Source: a candidate division Zixibacteria bacterium CG_4_9_14_3_um_filter_46_8 (lineage in GTDB: Bacteria > Zixibacteria > MSB-5A5 > UM-FILTER-46-8). From it: a stretch of 55,148 nucleotides of DNA. Below are positions 24,401 through 32,468 of the stretch, in pieces (within the stretch, counting starts at the first letter, position 1; every line of letters begins with the position of its first letter). Location: positions 1 through 55,148 of the forward strand of contig PFXJ01000119.1 in assembly GCA_002791595.1 (NCBI GenBank), in the 5' to 3' direction. The notes beneath the pieces are model-generated. The model had not been told where the DNA came from and did not search any database. It saw nothing but the letters and a program-made list of their open reading frames with translations. Position numbers and translations under genes: made by a program.

Positions 24401-26335
24401 TTATTCCCTCGGTTCGGAAGTGGCCTTATCTTTCCTCGAAGTCATCGCTGAAACCTTATCCCATAACCTCTTCCCCGGGATTGCGCCGCGGTATTTGCGC
24501 ATCACCTGGCCCATCAGATAACGCTTTTGTTTGAATGGGTCGGCGGGGAGGTTGGCGGTATCCGACAAGTCCTCGAAAATTAATTCCGCTTCTTCATCCG
24601 TGATTTTGAATATAATTTCATCAATAGCTTCACTTACTTTTCTATTCCGCTTGCATATAACTTTGAGTATGTCGAGAGTGCCTTCGCGATAGAATTCTTT
24701 TTCCCGATACGATTCCGCCAAATCCAGAAGGCGTTTATCGGTCAAATTCGCGGTTTCGAATCCTCTTCGTTGCAAGTGCTTAATTGTTTCCGCAACTAAT
24801 CTGGCCGCCCACCTGATATCTCCTGAAATTTCGACCATCTTCTGAAAAATCTCAAATCGCGGATGAACTATCAACTGGCTGACAAGTTGTTGTGAAAGCC
24901 CCGCTTCAGATAGTTTTCGACGCCGTTCCCAGGGAAATTCGGGAATCGAGGCTCTGGCATTTGAAACTCGTTTCATCTCGATAGGAATTGGGGGATGATC
25001 GGTATCAGGATACATTCGATCCGGACCCGGAAGGATTCGCTCAAAATCGGTATAGCGTCCATTCGATAGCACCTGACGTGTTTCCTGCGGCACTCCACTG
25101 ATAGCTTCCCGGCATCGGGCGGCAATTTCTTCGAGGGCGGTTACGACATCGCGTTGTGGACCCCAAGTAACTATGAGGGCATCATTGGTATTGGCATTCA
25201 ATCCCTTCCCAATGCTTTCCCATTCTCTTTCGGGGATTCCCAAGGCGGCCCGGTTGAGGCGATGAGCCAAATTAGGCGTTTTGTCAAGGCAGGCGATTAC
25301 CCGAACTCGTCCTCCAAGCTCATCGGCGAATGTCCGTTCCGGAAAAACATACCACCCAATCAAGCCGCCAAAACCCCTGATGCAGATTGCGCCGATGACG
25401 CCTCCCTGATCAACTGCCCAATGTCCCACAAATTCCGGGGTCTTAAGGAGGTGACGGGTAGCATCAGAAATGTTATAGGCGAAATTGTCGAGAGAAATAT
25501 CACGGTTGCAGAGCTCATCGCGAAGTTCGAGAAGCGATTTCTGCCGCAGGGCTTCGAAATGGGTCAGCCCGGGGATAAGGCCTATTCTCTCAACACCCTT
25601 GATTTCCACCCGATCCCCGCCGGTTATCGAGACATTGACATCCTGACGGGCGGCGCCGATTCCCCGACGCACCAATCCGGAGATACGGTTGGTCTCCGCC
25701 AGCAACTTGGTAACCTCTCCCGCCTCAATAGGGTTTCGCATATCGGGGGCGGTTATCACTTCCACCAATGGGGTTGAAAGACGGTCGGTGCGAAAAACTA
25801 TACGGTGACCGACATCACTGACCTCACGGCAGGCGTCCTCTTCGACATTAATCTGACGAATGGTAATCCTGCGATCCTTATAGGGCATCCAGCCATCGGT
25901 GCCCAGCACCGTTGTGCGCTGGAAGCCGGTAGGGATGGAACCATCAAGATATTGTTTGCGCGATATGTGAGCTTCATCGACTATTTTGCATTGAAATAAT
26001 AATGCCAATTTTATTCCAATGTCAACGGCCTGTTGATTGATAAGAAAAGGCGGGGTGTCATCCATCTCATAAGTACAAACCCGATCATTCAAGATTTCAT
26101 AGATTATTTCTTTTCGGGTCTTTTTCTCCATCAGGGCGGTGCCATCGTATTCTCCCATCTCCGAAAGCGTGGGCCGCATATGGCGAAACAGACGGGCATT
26201 GGCAGGACCTTCGACCAGGCCAACCGGACAATGGCAGAAAAGTTTTTGATGAGTATCAAGTTGCTGATGTATTTCAATCCCGCACCTGAAACCCAACCCA
26301 GCATAGTCAATTTCATTGGTATCCCAGAGGTTCAT
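24401..26335 (-). CDS. gatE: Archaeal-type Glu-tRNA(Gln) amidotransferase subunit E
   Basis: The 644-aa length fits GatE rather than GatB (~480 aa). N-terminus 'IDYAGLGFRCGIEIHQQLDTHQKLFCHCP' matches the GatE start (..LGLKVGLEIHQQLDT..KLFC.CP). Also 'DGSIPTGFQRTTVLG', 'INVEEDACRE', 'FRTDRLSTPLVEVITAPD', 'RRGIGAARQDVNVSI' and 'RVEIKGV'. Confidence 0.9.
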   Translation of the reverse strand: MNLWDTNEIDYAGLGFRCGIEIHQQLDTHQKLFCHCPVGLVEGPANARLFRHMRPTLSEMGEYDGTALMEKKTRKEIIYEILNDRVCTYEMDDTPPFLINQQAVDIGIKLALLFQCKIVDEAHISRKQYLDGSIPTGFQRTTVLGTDGWMPYKDRRITIRQINVEEDACREVSDVGHRIVFRTDRLSTPLVEVITAPDMRNPIEAGEVTKLLAETNRISGLVRRGIGAARQDVNVSITGGDRVEIKGVERIGLIPGLTHFEALRQKSLLELRDELCNRDISLDNFAYNISDATRHLLKTPEFVGHWAVDQGGVIGAICIRGFGGLIGWYVFPERTFADELGGRVRVIACLDKTPNLAHRLNRAALGIPEREWESIGKGLNANTNDALIVTWGPQRDVVTALEEIAARCREAISGVPQETRQVLSNGRYTDFERILPGPDRMYPDTDHPPIPIEMKRVSNARASIPEFPWERRRKLSEAGLSQQLVSQLIVHPRFEIFQKMVEISGDIRWAARLVAETIKHLQRRGFETANLTDKRLLDLAESYREKEFYREGTLDILKVICKRNRKVSEAIDEIIFKITDEEAELIFEDLSDTANLPADPFKQKRYLMGQVMRKYRGAIPGKRLWDKVSAMTSRKDKATSEPRE

Positions 26336-27726
26336 AACAAATAATCCCTCATAAATTGCTCCACTTCCGGCAGTCCCCCTTGAAAAACAAGATAGCCGTC
26401 CGGCCTTTCCCTCTCCGTAATCTCACCATTTATCGGGGTCAGCATTATTTTTTTGACCTCCTCACGGTCGTTGGTTTGGCCCAGGACCCAGGAGAGCTTC
26501 ATATATGCCACTTCTGGCAACATATTGGCGAGCGGCACAATCCCGCAATCCATCAAATAGCGGCCATTATCATAAACGAACATTTGCACAAAACCCCATA
26601 GAGTTTGCACGGTCATATATATATGCACGCCCTGGCCAGTCGCCCAGCGGATTACATTGTAAAGAGGGCGGTTGATATGGCCAAGACCTGTTCCAGCTAT
26701 GACTATGCCCTCGTAGCCGGCCCCAACAATCGCCCGAATGAGGTTTTCCTGCATATTGGGGTAATAATAAAGGATGGTGACTTTCTCGTTAAAAGTTGGG
26801 ACCAATTTGAACTCCTTACCGGATCCTCCGCGAGGATTAAAATCCCTTCTAAGAGGTTTAACTCCATTTTCCCGGTCAACAGTGGCCAGCGGGATATCTC
26901 CTATGGTTCTAAAAGCGCTTCGGTATGATGAATGCATTTTACGGACGCGGGTTCCGCGATGCAAAAGTCCATATTTATCGGAAGTAGGCCCAAACATACA
27001 TACCATTATTTCTGCAATCGGTCCGGTGGCGGCCATAGCGGCGTTAATCAGATTTCGGGCGGCATCGGATGATGGCCTATCGCTGGAACGCTGTGAACCC
27101 ACCAGGATAATCGGCACCGGCGGATTTTGCACCATAAACGTCAGTATGGCCGCTGTGTGGTGCATAGTGTCGGTTCCATGTCCTATGATGATCCCTTCCG
27201 CACCGTCGTTGATTTCCTTGTAAATCCTTTGGGCAAGCGGAATATATTGTGCCGGACCCATATCCTCTGAGAATATCCCGAAAACTTTATGAGTCTGCAA
27301 ATTGCAGATATCTGCCAATTCAGGCACCGCGCCGAAAAGCTCGCCTGGGGAAAAGGCGGGGATGACCGCCCCGGTGGTATAGTCCAATCGAGAAGCGATG
27401 GTGCCTCCCGTTCCCAACAATACAACATTGTGCTTCTCGGGATCGTAAGGGAATTCCTTTTCAGGAACTTTGTAATGCCCTTCGCTTCGGCCTGTGTTCT
27501 CGATGGCGCTGATTCGTTCCGCACGAACCCCGACATTGTAGCCAGTGTCCAGCTTCAATACGATGTGGAAGGTATCCGCCATTTCATTACGGGGTAGAAG
27601 CACTCCTTCAAATGTGCCGGATTCGGATAGAACCTTCACTCGATCCCAAACCCGGACATCAAATTTCTTCAGTGTCTCCAATCCGCTATTGCGGTAACCT
27701 TTATATGGATCATCAACTGTTGCCAA
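26332..27726 (-). CDS. gatD: Archaeal-type Glu-tRNA(Gln) amidotransferase subunit D (asparaginase-like)
   Basis: N-terminal GatD-specific beta domain (VRVWDRVKVLSESGTFEGVLLPRNE..HIVLKLDTGYNVGV). Asparaginase core 'VVLLGTGGTIASRLDYTTGAV', 'IIIGHGTDTMHHTA' and 'ILVGSQRSSDRPSSDA'. The stop overlaps the gatE start (ATGA). Confidence 0.9.
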   Translation of the reverse strand: MATVDDPYKGYRNSGLETLKKFDVRVWDRVKVLSESGTFEGVLLPRNEMADTFHIVLKLDTGYNVGVRAERISAIENTGRSEGHYKVPEKEFPYDPEKHNVVLLGTGGTIASRLDYTTGAVIPAFSPGELFGAVPELADICNLQTHKVFGIFSEDMGPAQYIPLAQRIYKEINDGAEGIIIGHGTDTMHHTAAILTFMVQNPPVPIILVGSQRSSDRPSSDAARNLINAAMAATGPIAEIMVCMFGPTSDKYGLLHRGTRVRKMHSSYRSAFRTIGDIPLATVDRENGVKPLRRDFNPRGGSGKEFKLVPTFNEKVTILYYYPNMQENLIRAIVGAGYEGIVIAGTGLGHINRPLYNVIRWATGQGVHIYMTVQTLWGFVQMFVYDNGRYLMDCGIVPLANMLPEVAYMKLSWVLGQTNDREEVKKIMLTPINGEITERERPDGYLVFQGGLPEVEQFMRDYLL

Positions 27727-27933
27727 TATTACTCCAGAAAGTAACGGATTTCATAAATCAAATTCTGAATAGTCTGCTTTGCAAAAGATATGGATTCATA
27801 GCAAATAAAAGCATCGGTCCAATTTATCAGGTGAGCATAATCAATTATTGAGCGGGAAGATGTTCCGGAGCGACTCTATTATTCGGGTGTCTCATTTGCC
27901 ATAAGGGGGAATTTTCACTCCAAGCAACCCGAG

Positions 27934-28899
27934 TTATAGCCTCTTAATCAATGCCGGAATTACTTCCAGCGCATTCCCCACTATCCCCCAGGTAGCAACT
28001 TTGAAAATGGGCGCGTCGGCATCCCTATTGATAGCCACAATATATTTAGAGGATTGCATCCCAGCCAAATGCTGGATTGCCCCGGATATCCCACAGGCGA
28101 TATAAAGCTTGGGATTCACCGTCTTTCCGGTTTGTCCTACCTGGTTTTTGTATGGCACCCAGCCGGCATCGACTATGGCTCGCGACGCCCCAGCGGCCGC
28201 ACCTAATTTAGCGGCTAATTCCTCAATCAATTTATAGTTAGCGGCTTCTTTCAAGCCTCTCCCGCCCGAAACGATGATATCGGCTTCGGTCAAAGGCACC
28301 TGGCCCCCCCCCTCGACGATTGATTCTCTGACCGAAGAGCCGGAGCTATGTTTCGCCGCATCAAAAGCATATTCAACAATCTGGGCATTTCTTGGGTTGT
28401 CGCCGGTTACTCCGAATGCTTTGGGGCGTAGGGTAATGATTTTCGGTCTCTGAGTGCCGAAGCCGAATTTCAGAAGAGCATTCCCGCCATATCCCGGATG
28501 TTCCACTATCAAATTGCCGGCATCGAATTCGATGGCCGTAGCATCTGGAATCAAACCGGTCTTCAATACAGCCGCCAGACGGCTAAATAGAGCTTTGCCA
28601 TAGAAAGTTGCGCTTCCCAAAATGAACCCTGCCGATTCGGTCTTGGCAATATCCACCAGAATACTGCAGTAAATCTGGTCATTAAAATATTTCAAAGTGC
28701 TGTGCTGGCAGATAATGACTTTATCAGCGCCCCCCAGGGCACATTCAGAAGCCGACTCAGAAACCGAATCGCCAATCAAAACAGCAGTCAGCTTAACACT
28801 AAACTTATCTGCAATCTTGTGGCCCTCAGACAGAACTTCAAATGAGATAGGGGAAGGTTTTCCAGCTTTGGAATCGCAATAAACTAAGACATCAGACAC
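27934..28899 (-). CDS. etfA: Electron transfer flavoprotein alpha subunit (EtfA/FixB-like)
   Basis: 'VSGGRGL', 'LGAAAGASRAIVDAGW', 'QVGQTGKTVNPKLYIACGISGAIQHLAGM' and 'IVAINRDADAPIF' are EtfA hallmarks. Confidence 0.88.
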   Translation of the reverse strand: MSDVLVYCDSKAGKPSPISFEVLSEGHKIADKFSVKLTAVLIGDSVSESASECALGGADKVIICQHSTLKYFNDQIYCSILVDIAKTESAGFILGSATFYGKALFSRLAAVLKTGLIPDATAIEFDAGNLIVEHPGYGGNALLKFGFGTQRPKIITLRPKAFGVTGDNPRNAQIVEYAFDAAKHSSGSSVRESIVEGGGQVPLTEADIIVSGGRGLKEAANYKLIEELAAKLGAAAGASRAIVDAGWVPYKNQVGQTGKTVNPKLYIACGISGAIQHLAGMQSSKYIVAINRDADAPIFKVATWGIVGNALEVIPALIKRL

Positions 28900-28957
28900 A
28901 AGGTTTTCTCCTGCTAATTTTTAATCAAGGCCAAATATACGGAATCCATAGATGATG

Positions 28958-29947
28958 TCAAAGGGTTTTAGCCATTTTCTGATTTGTGAAGTTTTCTCGA
29001 TAAGCGCTCAATTTACTTAATATGCTATCGTAATTATCAAGATGGAAAACTTCCTGCCTTAGCTGTGAATTACCTGATAGACCTCGAGTGTACCAGACTA
29101 TGAATTTGCGCATAATTTTTATTCCCTTCAACGCGCCATAGAAATCAATGGTAAGATGGAAATAATCGAGCATCATATCTAATTTCTGGAGAGGCGACGG
29201 TTCGGCAAGTAAATTGCCATCCTGAAGATAGGATTTTATTCTTCTGAAGATATGAGGGTCACCCATGGCGGCGCGGCCTATCATCAGGCCTGAAGCGCCG
29301 GTTTCGTCAAGGGATTTGCGGGCATCCTCGGCAGACCAGATATCGCCGCTATATATCAGAGGGATACTTAAAAACCGTACGGTATCGCCAACCAATTTTC
29401 GATCCGGCCTGGACGAGAAACCCTGAATTACAGTTCGCGGATGAATCACAATTGCGGCGACACCTACATCCTGAAGACGGCGGGAAAGCTCCGGGAATAT
29501 AATCGAATCCGAATCCCAGCCGGAACGAAGCTTAGCCGTTACCGGAATGGGCGAGTTCTTGACCAAAACCGCCATTATCCGGGTGGCGAGTTGGGGTTGG
29601 CGCAATAAAGCGCCGCCCGCGCCCTGTTTGACCACTTTCTTCACCGGGCACCCCAGGTTGAAATCTATAAAGTCTGGCTGCACCCTTAGAGCGGTCTCCA
29701 AACCCTTCAGCACAAGTTCAGGATCAGAACCAAACAGCTGAATCCCGATAGGCCTCTCCTCTTCGCCAAATTTAATGTATTTCATGGTTTTATTATCCGA
29801 ATGGCCCAGCCCCGCTACAGAAACCATTTCTGAAAATGTTGCCGAGGCCCCATACCGTCGGCAAACACGCCGGAATATCGAATCTGATATTCCCGCCAGG
29901 GGCGCTGAAAATAGAAAACCATTGATGTTTAAGTTGCCAATTTTCAT
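28958..29947 (-). CDS. dusB: tRNA-dihydrouridine synthase
   Basis: 'LFSAPLAGISDSIFRRVCRRYGA', 'IQLFGSDP', 'IDFNLGCPVKKVV', 'GAGGALL', 'VTAKLRSGWD' and 'VIHPRT'. Confidence 0.9.
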   Translation of the reverse strand: MKIGNLNINGFLFSAPLAGISDSIFRRVCRRYGASATFSEMVSVAGLGHSDNKTMKYIKFGEEERPIGIQLFGSDPELVLKGLETALRVQPDFIDFNLGCPVKKVVKQGAGGALLRQPQLATRIMAVLVKNSPIPVTAKLRSGWDSDSIIFPELSRRLQDVGVAAIVIHPRTVIQGFSSRPDRKLVGDTVRFLSIPLIYSGDIWSAEDARKSLDETGASGLMIGRAAMGDPHIFRRIKSYLQDGNLLAEPSPLQKLDMMLDYFHLTIDFYGALKGIKIMRKFIVWYTRGLSGNSQLRQEVFHLDNYDSILSKLSAYRENFTNQKMAKTL

Positions 29948-30059
29948 TCCGACAATATATTAAAACTGTAGGAAATGCGCAATATTCGAGCTTCTGGGAA
30001 TAAAATTTAAAGCATCTATAGTTAATTTTGGCTCGAATTTCCTTTGAATGGAGGGTAAA

Positions 30060-30755
30060 ATGCCGGAGATTATCGTAAAATTCGGAGATAAAATTCTTGA
30101 GAAGTTTGTGACTGAAAAAGGACGCATTTCAATCGGGCGTTCTGCCGACAATGATGTTGTTCTGGATAACAAGGGGGTTTCTCGAAGGCATTTGATAATC
30201 GAATTCAAGGGGCAAACGGCGGTGGCCATTGACAATGAATCCCTGAATGGAACTTTCATCAATAATAGGCGGATTTCTGAAGAGATAATTAATGACTCGG
30301 ATGTTATCACTGTGGGGAAATTCGATCTTATCTTCCACGCCCAATCGGCTTCGACCTCTCTGGCCTCCGGCGAGGTTGTTTTGGATGGGACTATGGTCTT
30401 GCAGACCAAACGTCAGAAGGAATTAATCGAACGAGATCGGGCGGATAAAAAAATCACCGCTGATTCGGGCGGCCCGCTTCTGGTGGAAGAATCGGGAAGT
30501 GAGAATGCCAAGTATCTTGTGGATGGCATAATCACCATAGGGAAATCCAAATTAGCAACAATCAAAGCTAAAGGATTCCTTTTATCGGGCCTGCAAGCCA
30601 AAATTGTTCCCGATGGTGAGCGTAATATGATTGTAAATCTCGGCAAGAAAGGCAAAGTCAAAATAAATGGCGACGGGATTGAAAAACATATTTTGAAAAA
30701 TGGTGATATTATTAATGTAGGCAAATCAACCTTCAGGTACCTTCAGGGGCAATAA
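30060..30755 (+). CDS. FHA domain protein (N-terminal canonical FHA plus C-terminal FHA-like module)
   Basis: 'ISIGRSADNDVVLDNKGVSRRHLIIEF..NESLNGTFINNRRI..DSDVITVGKFDLIF'. The C-terminal 'ITIGKS..VNLGKKGKVKINGDGI..LKNGDIINVGKSTFRY' is FHA-like. The ATG at 30060 is preceded by GGAGGG. Confidence 0.85.
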   Translation: MPEIIVKFGDKILEKFVTEKGRISIGRSADNDVVLDNKGVSRRHLIIEFKGQTAVAIDNESLNGTFINNRRISEEIINDSDVITVGKFDLIFHAQSASTSLASGEVVLDGTMVLQTKRQKELIERDRADKKITADSGGPLLVEESGSENAKYLVDGIITIGKSKLATIKAKGFLLSGLQAKIVPDGERNMIVNLGKKGKVKINGDGIEKHILKNGDIINVGKSTFRYLQGQ

Positions 30756-30767
30756 GGAATTGGACTG

Positions 30768-31496
30768 ATGAAGATCGGCTTTTTCTCTGACGTGCATGCA
30801 AATTTGGAAGCGCTTACGGCAGTATTGGAAAATGCCCGCTCTGAGAAGGTAGATAAACTATTTTTCCTGGGAGATGCGGTTGGTTATGGTCCTAATCCTA
30901 ATGAATGCGTGGAATTGATTTGTGCCAATGCTTCAGCCTGCCTTATGGGGAATCACGACTATGCGGCGCTGGGAATGCTTGATACTTCAAGCTTTAACCG
31001 TTATGCCAAAGAGGCCATTGACTTCACTCAAGCAGTCCTGACCAAACAGAATAGAAACTGCCTGATGGAATTTGAGAGGGAATACCTGTTTGAGGATTTC
31101 CATATGGTCCATTCCACTCCAACCAAGCCCAACCAATGGGATTATATTATCACTTTGGATGACGCTGAGCAAAATTTTCCTACTCTCAAGAGGCGAATCG
31201 GCCTGATCGGCCATTCGCATTTTCCCGCCATAGTGTGTAAAGCAAATGGCAGTTTTCCTGTTTTAGTCCGCAGTGATAGTATCAAGATAGAGAAAGACCA
31301 GCAGTTCATTATAAATATAGGCAGTGTGGGGCAACCCCGTGATAATAACCCGGACAGTTGCTATATGTTGTATGATTCCCCGAGCAATATGGCGCGTCTT
31401 AAGCGCGTAAAATACGACATAAAAATAACCCAGGATAAAATGCGCAAAGCCGGTTTATCCGAATATTTGATCAACAGGCTGGAGAAAGGAAGATAA
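30768..31496 (+). CDS. Calcineurin-like metallophosphoesterase (candidate protein phosphatase of the module)
   Basis: All five MPE motifs are present: 'SDVHAN', 'FLGDAVGYGP', 'GNHD', 'MVHSTP' and 'IGHSHFP'. Confidence 0.85.
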   Translation: MKIGFFSDVHANLEALTAVLENARSEKVDKLFFLGDAVGYGPNPNECVELICANASACLMGNHDYAALGMLDTSSFNRYAKEAIDFTQAVLTKQNRNCLMEFEREYLFEDFHMVHSTPTKPNQWDYIITLDDAEQNFPTLKRRIGLIGHSHFPAIVCKANGSFPVLVRSDSIKIEKDQQFIINIGSVGQPRDNNPDSCYMLYDSPSNMARLKRVKYDIKITQDKMRKAGLSEYLINRLEKGR

Positions 31497-31500
31497 AATA

Positions 31501-32457
31501 ATGGGGCCCAGAATCGTGACCACATTCATGGCGACCGTTATCCTGCTGACATTTATTTTGGGAGATTCTCTTTCCAGCAACGAAGCGATGGTCAGGACTA
31601 TCTCGAAAGGAGAGACCATCAGTTTCCTGGCAATCAAGATTTATGGATTCTATAACGAGGAAATTGCTTTATTAATAGCAGATGCCAATCCCAAAATTGG
31701 GGATTTGAATCGGGTTCAAGCAGGGGATAAAATCGTTTTTCCGCAACTTGTGGATTCCAAGGACAAGCCATATTGCCTTCGGACATCGGCATCTTTGGCG
31801 GTAGTCACCTATCTATCAGGAAAGTCATTTCTCTTGAAAAGTAAGGAAAAGGAATGGAAGAGCCTGGATGCCAACACCATTCTGACTCCGGGCGACAAAT
31901 TAAAAACAGGGAAAGGCGCATTGGTGGAATTGGTTGTCAATCATACTGATGTGATGCGGCTTTCCTCTAATACAGAACTTTTGATTGAAAGGTTGGCTGA
32001 CAAAACGGGAGGGCCTGAATCATCATTTAGGATAAGCGTGGGAAAATTCTGGGCGAAAATAAAATCCTATGTGGAGAGAAGCGGCAAATTCGAAGTTGGA
32101 TTTCCCACTGCGGTGGCGGCAGTGCAGGGCACTGTTTATCAAGCCGAACTTATGGCAGATAGCACCGCCAATATCAAGGTTTATCGTGGAGAGGTGAAGG
32201 TAGCGGCAAAACCGGTGGAGGGACAGGAATCGGCGACAACAGGGTCCAAGATCGGTCCTCCTCGGCAGGTTAGTGGCCCAAAGCAAGTTTCGATGCAGCA
32301 ATGGGTGAAAATTGTGCGCGAGATGCAGCAATTTAGTTTCGGGCCCGGGAAGCCGCCCGGCGATCCCGAAAGCTTCACCGAGCAATGGCTGGGGAACTGG
32401 GAAAAATTCAATCAAGAGAGAGATGCACTATTCAATGATGGAAGTGCTAATCGTTAG
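31501..32457 (+). CDS. Exported LysM + FecR domain protein
   Basis: N-terminal hydrophobic signal/anchor. LysM 'ISKGETISFLAIKIYG..ADANP..NRVQAGDKIVFP'. FecR-like 'WKSLDANTILTPGDKLKTGKGALVELVV..VMRLSSNTELLI' and 'GFPTAVAAVQGTVYQAE'. Confidence 0.75.
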   Translation: MGPRIVTTFMATVILLTFILGDSLSSNEAMVRTISKGETISFLAIKIYGFYNEEIALLIADANPKIGDLNRVQAGDKIVFPQLVDSKDKPYCLRTSASLAVVTYLSGKSFLLKSKEKEWKSLDANTILTPGDKLKTGKGALVELVVNHTDVMRLSSNTELLIERLADKTGGPESSFRISVGKFWAKIKSYVERSGKFEVGFPTAVAAVQGTVYQAELMADSTANIKVYRGEVKVAAKPVEGQESATTGSKIGPPRQVSGPKQVSMQQWVKIVREMQQFSFGPGKPPGDPESFTEQWLGNWEKFNQERDALFNDGSANR

Positions 32458-32468
32458 CATTGATAGTT

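Noticed and set aside
28975-29000. Rex-box-like 'TTGTGAAGTTTTCTCGAT' near the dusB 3' end, and 'TTGTGAACCATTATCAAC' at about 47515
   Set aside because: Only one half-site matches in each. The second half diverges at most positions, and the first candidate lies inside coding sequence.
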